Notes under the pieces: generated by a model
What the model was told of the DNA's origin: nothing
Database searches by the model: none
The model's input: the letters and a program-made list of their open reading frames with translations, nothing else
Position numbers and translations under genes: made by a program
Shown here: positions 59,125 through 64,000 of the stretch, one piece after another
Layout of the letters: each line of letters begins with the position of its first letter
Numbering within the stretch: the first letter of the stretch is position 1
NCBI GenBank assembly: GCA_965248925.1
Contig: CBDFLE010000005.1
Location: forward strand, 1,792,001-1,856,000
Direction of reading: 5' to 3'
DNA: 64,000 nucleotides
From: Candidatus Multivoradales bacterium
Lineage (GTDB): Bacteria > Acidobacteriota > Thermoanaerobaculia > Multivoradales > J023

Positions 59125-59718
59125 ATGACCCCATACCCGGCACCGAAACCCACCGAGTCCGAAATCACCCGACTGCTACAGCGAAGCAGTGCAGGCGATC
59201 TGGAGGCTCTCGACGAGCTGATGCCCCTGGTCTATGACGAGTTGCGCCGGCGAGCCTCCGCCCAGATGAGGGGCGAACGCGACGCACACACGCTGGGGAC
59301 TACCGGGCTGATCCACGAGGCGGTCCTGCGTTTGGCGGGCCAGCGCGGTGCGCAATGGGCCAATAGCGCCCAGTTCTACGCCCTCTCCTCCACGGCCATG
59401 CGGCGTATTCTGGTGAATTGGGCACGCGACCGAAATCGCGCCAAGAGGGGCGGCGGAGTCTCTCCCTTACCCCTCGACGAGATCGAGGTCGCTGGCCAAC
59501 AACCCGAAGCCGATACGGTCCTGGCCGTCGACCAAGCCTTGAAGCGCCTCGCAGAGTTCAGTCCACGGGCCGTGCGGGTTGTCGAATGCCGATATTTCGC
59601 CGGCTTCTCCGTCGACGAGACGGCGACTGCCTTGGAGATATCGAAGTCGACGGTCAAGCGCGAATGGCGACTCGCGAAGGCCTGGCTCGGCAAGGAGCTC
59701 TCCAGCGAAGGGATCTAA
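59125..59718 (+). CDS. ECF sigma factor, kinase-associated type (TIGR02999-like)
   Basis: EITRLL, LMPLVYDELRR.A, HTLGTTGLIHEA, AMRRILVNWAR..KRGGG, VVECRYFAG, TVKREWRLAKAWL. Confidence 0.95.
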   Translation: MTPYPAPKPTESEITRLLQRSSAGDLEALDELMPLVYDELRRRASAQMRGERDAHTLGTTGLIHEAVLRLAGQRGAQWANSAQFYALSSTAMRRILVNWARDRNRAKRGGGVSPLPLDEIEVAGQQPEADTVLAVDQALKRLAEFSPRAVRVVECRYFAGFSVDETATALEISKSTVKREWRLAKAWLGKELSSEGI

Positions 59719-62615
59719 TGAGCCTGCAGATCGCGCAAGGCTCGTTGGGTCCAGAGGGTGCTCGGATGACGGGGTCCAACGGCGCTGTCGAGCCTCTCTA
59801 GCGAGTCGCCCAGCAAATCCTCGGCTTCCTTCTTGCTGCCGACGGCAGCAAGCTGGGAACCGAGCCGGCCCTTGACCTCGGCGATTCGCCAATGCCCGGC
59901 CTCGAGCTCTCGCTCTCTGACCGACAACGCCTGGCGGTATAAGGCCCCGGCCTCCCCCGTACGGCCTGCCCGTATGGCGAGATCGCCCAGGAAGAGAGCC
60001 ACCGTGCCGAGTTCGGGATGCCCGTCGGGATAGAGTCGCTCGTAGCTTCTCCCAGCCTCTTCGAGCATAGACCGCGCCTCCTCATCCTCGCCGGTCGCCA
60101 CCAGACCTCGGCCTAGGAGGAGCAAAGTTCTCGCCACCTTGGGGTGGTCGCCACCGCCGACTTGCTGGTGTATCTGCAGAGCGCGTTGCAAAAGCTCGCG
60201 CCCCTGTTCGGCAACACCCTTCCTATAAGCGATCCCAGCCAGGACATCCAGCGAGTACGCGACCGGGATGCCATCGGCACCGAACAACCTCTCGCGGCTA
60301 GAGAGGGATTCCCGCGCCAGGGTCTCCGCCTCGGAATTAAGACCCTGAATCGAGAGAACATCCGCCAGATAGGCCTGCGAGGCCGCGACCATCGCATGCC
60401 CCTTGTCCAATACCGCCTCTCGAATTTCGAGCGCTTCCCGATGCAGCTCCGCCGCTTCGTCGAGGCGCCCGAAGCTCAAGGCCAGATTTCCTAGATGCAC
60501 CAGACTGAAGGCAACATAGGGATGCCTGTCCCCCAAGAGCTGCCTGCGCTGAAACAGCACCTGGGTATGGATCTCGAAAGCCGCCTCGAAGTCGCCCATG
60601 GCCGCCAGGGTCGCACCCAGGTTGTTGAGCTCGTGAACCACCGAGTGATGGGTCGGGCCGAGAGCCGCGGTCTTGACCTCGATCGCCTCACGCATGAGAG
60701 CGGCGGCTTCTTCGAATTCGCCCTCGGCATAGCGAAGAACCCCTAGACCACCCAGCACCTCAGCAGTCTTGTGGTGGTAGACACCCAGAAGCTCTCGCCT
60801 AATCTCCAACGCCCGGCCGTAATTAGCTAGTGCTAAATCCCTGCTCCCCAAGCGCTCTTGAATCGAGCCCATCTGAATGAAGAGCTTGGCTTCCAAGAGC
60901 TCGTCGCCTTCGATCTCGAGCGACAAGGCTTCCCGGATCGTGACTTCAGCCTCCGGGTATCGAGCCTCCAGCGTCAACGTCTGGCTCAGAGCCAATAGCG
61001 TCTCGGCGAGATCGACATGCCCCTCTGGAAATAAGTCCCGTTGCTGCTCCAGGCTGGCCTCGAGAAGCTGTCGTGCCCTCTCGTAATGGGCCAGGTTGAT
61101 CTGCAATCGAGCGATCGCCGTGCGCAGCTTGGCCTGGATTTCCGGCTGACTTTCGAGCTCGGCGACGACTCCGGCCTCCGCCTGAAGAGCGAAGTCGTGC
61201 AGGGTGAGCTCGTCGGCTCCCTTGGTGCGGATCGGATCGGCGACCTCGAAGACATCGATCAAGAGGTCGGTCACCTGGGAGGCCTTACGAGCCTCGACTC
61301 GGGCACGATCACGCTCGCTGCGCGCCACCCGCGCTTGCCAGATCGTCATCACGACGCCAAGAAGCCCAATCACCACGAGCATCGCGGTGACCGAAACTCC
61401 CACCTTATTGCGTTGCAGAAACCTGCGCGTGCGATATCCCAGGGTCTGAGGGCGTGCCGAGATCGGTCGCCTGTCCAGCAATTTCTGGAGATCGGACGCC
61501 AACGCCTCCACCGAGGAATAGCGCTCCTCGGCTCTCTTTCGCAAGGCCTTGAGCACGATGGTGTCCAGATCCTTGGGAATCAGGATCTGCGCCTGTTCAC
61601 TCGGTCGGAGCGGATCTTGCTCGCGGATAGATTTCGATAGGTCCCCATTTTCTGCGGCCGAAATATGGGGCCGCCTTGCCGTCAAGACTTCATAGAGAAC
61701 GACTCCCAGGCTGTAGATATCCGTCGCGGTGGTCAGCGGCTCGCCTCGAAACTGCTCGGGCGAGGCGTACTCCGGAGTCATCGGACGCACCTCCACCCGC
61801 GTCACGAAGCCTCCAAGCATTTCCGGGTCGAGTAGCTTGGCGATCCCGAAGTCCACCAGCTTGACCTGTCCCCGACTGGAAACCAACAGATTCGAAGGCT
61901 TGAGATCGCGGTGGACAACCAGCCGACTATGGGCGTGTTGCACGGCATCGCAGACGGCCAGGAAAAGCTTCAGGCGAGCCTCGATGCCGAGCCGATTCTC
62001 CTCGCAGAAATCGGTAAAGGGCCTTCCTTCCTGCACGTAGTCCATGACGAAATAGGGCCGACCGTCTTCGGTGAGGCCACCATCGAATACGCCACAGATA
62101 CCCTCGTGGTCCAGGTGCGCGAGGATTTGCCGCTCCGCCTCGAAGCGAGCGAGGATCTCCTCACTGTCCATGCCCCGTTTGAGGACCTTGATGGCCACCA
62201 CTTTGCGAAACGGTTTCTGACGATCGGCAAGGAAGACCCTGCCCATGCCGCCTGTCCCGATCTGGCTGACGATCCGGTAGGGCCCGAAGCACTCGGGGAG
62301 TGCAGGCTCGGCTCTCGAATCCTCCAGCGACAAGGCCTGGAGCGACGCCTCCTGGAGAGAGTGGTCGAGCAGGTCGGTCGCTGAAAGGTGCTCCTCGAGC
62401 AAGGCCTCGATCTCGTCTCGCAAGGTGCTGTCTTGCCCACAGAGATCGTCGAGAGCTGCATCCCTCTTCTCACGAGGGAGTTCGACGACCCGGTCGAAGA
62501 TATCGAGGATTTGACCCCAACGGTCTCGCACTGCCTCGCTATCGGCCCCTACCCCCTCGTCGGCAGTCGGCAAGTCCTGCCGTATTCCTCCCTGGCCGGG
62601 CCTTTTTCGCAGCAT
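59715..62615 (-). CDS. Membrane Ser/Thr kinase with extracytoplasmic TPR array (start uncertain, likely near VRDRW)
   Basis: GTGGMGRVF, VAIK, HRDLKPSN, DFGIAK, MTPEYASPEQ; TM helix; many TPRs. Confidence 0.94.
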   Translation of the reverse strand: MLRKRPGQGGIRQDLPTADEGVGADSEAVRDRWGQILDIFDRVVELPREKRDAALDDLCGQDSTLRDEIEALLEEHLSATDLLDHSLQEASLQALSLEDSRAEPALPECFGPYRIVSQIGTGGMGRVFLADRQKPFRKVVAIKVLKRGMDSEEILARFEAERQILAHLDHEGICGVFDGGLTEDGRPYFVMDYVQEGRPFTDFCEENRLGIEARLKLFLAVCDAVQHAHSRLVVHRDLKPSNLLVSSRGQVKLVDFGIAKLLDPEMLGGFVTRVEVRPMTPEYASPEQFRGEPLTTATDIYSLGVVLYEVLTARRPHISAAENGDLSKSIREQDPLRPSEQAQILIPKDLDTIVLKALRKRAEERYSSVEALASDLQKLLDRRPISARPQTLGYRTRRFLQRNKVGVSVTAMLVVIGLLGVVMTIWQARVARSERDRARVEARKASQVTDLLIDVFEVADPIRTKGADELTLHDFALQAEAGVVAELESQPEIQAKLRTAIARLQINLAHYERARQLLEASLEQQRDLFPEGHVDLAETLLALSQTLTLEARYPEAEVTIREALSLEIEGDELLEAKLFIQMGSIQERLGSRDLALANYGRALEIRRELLGVYHHKTAEVLGGLGVLRYAEGEFEEAAALMREAIEVKTAALGPTHHSVVHELNNLGATLAAMGDFEAAFEIHTQVLFQRRQLLGDRHPYVAFSLVHLGNLALSFGRLDEAAELHREALEIREAVLDKGHAMVAASQAYLADVLSIQGLNSEAETLARESLSSRERLFGADGIPVAYSLDVLAGIAYRKGVAEQGRELLQRALQIHQQVGGGDHPKVARTLLLLGRGLVATGEDEEARSMLEEAGRSYERLYPDGHPELGTVALFLGDLAIRAGRTGEAGALYRQALSVRERELEAGHWRIAEVKGRLGSQLAAVGSKKEAEDLLGDSLERLDSAVGPRHPSTLWTQRALRDLQAH

Positions 62616-62965
62616 GGAATCGGGACTTACCCCAAGAGGCCGTCGATCGCCTCGCCGGTCAGGCAGAGCATGAGACAGCCGGTGAGGTCGGAGAGGGATA
62701 GCATGGACAGAGGGTATCAGGGCCGCTCTATTGACCTCTTCATTGCGAAAATGGGGGGCTGTCTATATCGAGACTCCGGTTCCTGCGCTAGCGAATGGAG
62801 ATGGCAACGCCGGGGTTCCCCGTGCCTTCGGTGGTGCCTCCCACCGGACGGCGGTGTCCTGTGCTCTACACCAACTATGTACGCTTTCCCGCAGCCACCA
62901 ACACCGCGGTCCTGGTAGCTCGAGACTGCCGGGACAGGTCCCGGTGCTAGCATCGGGCCGTTGCT

Positions 62966-64000
62966 ATGAGCACGGCCCCCGGAACATCGATCGCCCTCAC
63001 CCTCGGACTTGCCCTAGACTGCCTGGCGTCCGCCGGCCCGCTGCGAGGTGCGGTCATCGTGGTCTCGGTAGACCAGGTGGAGCAGCTCGAGGCCGGTGAT
63101 CGGGTCGCCGAGTGGCTGCTGAAGGATCGAGATGGCTCGCTGATCTCGAGTGGGCCGATCGAGAGTCCGGCCGACCTGGCCCTCTGCCGGGTGGAGCAAG
63201 GACCCCGTGGCTCGCTCTTCCTGGTCATCGATGACGGCACTGTCTCGGGTGAGTGGGGTCGCCGCGCTTCGGTCGTGGTCCGGCCGGAGTTGGATGGCGA
63301 CGAGCTTTCGCTCTACAAGGAACTCAGCAGCGGGGCGGAGGTCTCGAAGGGAGATCTCTTGTCGCGCCTCGGTGAGCACCTCGAGCGAGCCGAACGGCCC
63401 ATAGACGCCGCCTGGGCTTTCGCTGAATCGGGCGCTGCTGCCGAGGATCTCGCTGGAAATTTCCTGCGGGCCCGTAAGCTAGCCCGGCAGAAGCGGGCCT
63501 ACGTTGGTGAGCTTTTCCGCCGCGAAGCGAAAGCTCTTCGCAACCGAGGCGCAGAAACGGACACCCGTCGGCGGGAGCTTATCGGGCTGGCTCTCGATCT
63601 CGATCGAGATCTGGACCCCACCGGCCCGGCAGTCGCGACCGATCTCGAGCAGCTGGCCCTGCTGGATATGTACGGATCCAATCCGGCGGTCGCGGAGGAG
63701 CTCTTGCTCGAGGCTTTGCAATTGCGCCGAGCGATCGAGCCAGACAGCCTCTACAGCGCCGAGACGATCAGCCGTCTCATCCTGACCCTGGCTCAATTGG
63801 GTCGGTTCGAGTGCATGCTCGAGCGCAACCGTCAGCTCTATGAGCTGTTGGTTCGGATCGACGCTGCGCCGATCGAGAGGGTTCGCGTTCACAGCGTCTG
63901 GGGCCAGACTCTGTCGAAGCTGGGCCGGCTGCAGGAGGCGCGCGAGCAACTCGAAGCTGCCGCTGAGTTGGTCGAATCGACTCCCTTGATCGAGCCGAGC
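62966..64000 (+). CDS. Exported TPR protein, paralog of the TPR-CHAT N-terminus; runs off window end (absent from ORF track)
   Basis: Manual translation MSTAPGTSIALTLGLAL..GAVIVVS..SGPIESPADLALCRVEQGPRG..EALQLRRAIEPDSL aligns with GVVISA..SGSLSNPIDLNLAWITAAPRG..AIRQRVAPAS of 52360; no stop to 64000. Confidence 0.8.
   Translation, partial: MSTAPGTSIALTLGLALDCLASAGPLRGAVIVVSVDQVEQLEAGDRVAEWLLKDRDGSLISSGPIESPADLALCRVEQGPRGSLFLVIDDGTVSGEWGRRASVVVRPELDGDELSLYKELSSGAEVSKGDLLSRLGEHLERAERPIDAAWAFAESGAAAEDLAGNFLRARKLARQKRAYVGELFRREAKALRNRGAETDTRRRELIGLALDLDRDLDPTGPAVATDLEQLALLDMYGSNPAVAEELLLEALQLRRAIEPDSLYSAETISRLILTLAQLGRFECMLERNRQLYELLVRIDAAPIERVRVHSVWGQTLSKLGRLQEAREQLEAAAELVESTPLIEPS

Noticed and set aside
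1-64000. tRNA, rRNA, CRISPR array, integrase, prophage genes
   Set aside because: None recognised by eye; tRNAscan-SE and cmscan would be needed to exclude small RNAs

Overview
GC-rich bacterial window; the gene content (ELWxxDGT protein with a DGFES tail, TPR-CHAT proteins, ECF/kinase pairs, ADOP-type permease remnant) suggests Acidobacteriota, which is inference only. 1-16 kb is largely housekeeping: 3' part of ileS, an XRE/ScfR-type regulator divergent from aceB-aceA with a clear symmetric operator over a sigma70 promoter, a cupin, an M1 peptidase, a frameshifted di-heme oxidoreductase, an aspartate/aromatic aminotransferase and a secreted repeat protein. 16.3-41 kb is an accessory mosaic: a deleted IS3, an intact IS21 inserted in a sterol-desaturase remnant, several gene fragments, a PI-PLC-ricin protein, an ECF sigma plus kinase-DUF4384 pair, a probable integron-cassette remnant, a class D beta-lactamase-like lipoprotein, and a HigA-like plus nucleotidyltransferase pair. 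41-52 kb is a cluster of secreted hydrolases with unusual multi-enzyme fusions. 52-64 kb holds a TPR-CHAT protease, an ELWxxDGT protein, an ECF sigma convergent with a kinase-TPR gene, and the start of a second TPR-CHAT-like paralog. Best leads: (1) a ~100-nt structured element shared by the 3' regions of two unrelated IS families, (2) an RGVGG motif shared between an exported CHAT protease and the sensor domain of a kinase beside an ECF sigma, (3) a HigA-nucleotidyltransferase module with a palindromic promoter, (4) the fused-hydrolase operon. No rRNA, tRNA or CRISPR array was seen. All family calls are from motif recognition, not database searches.
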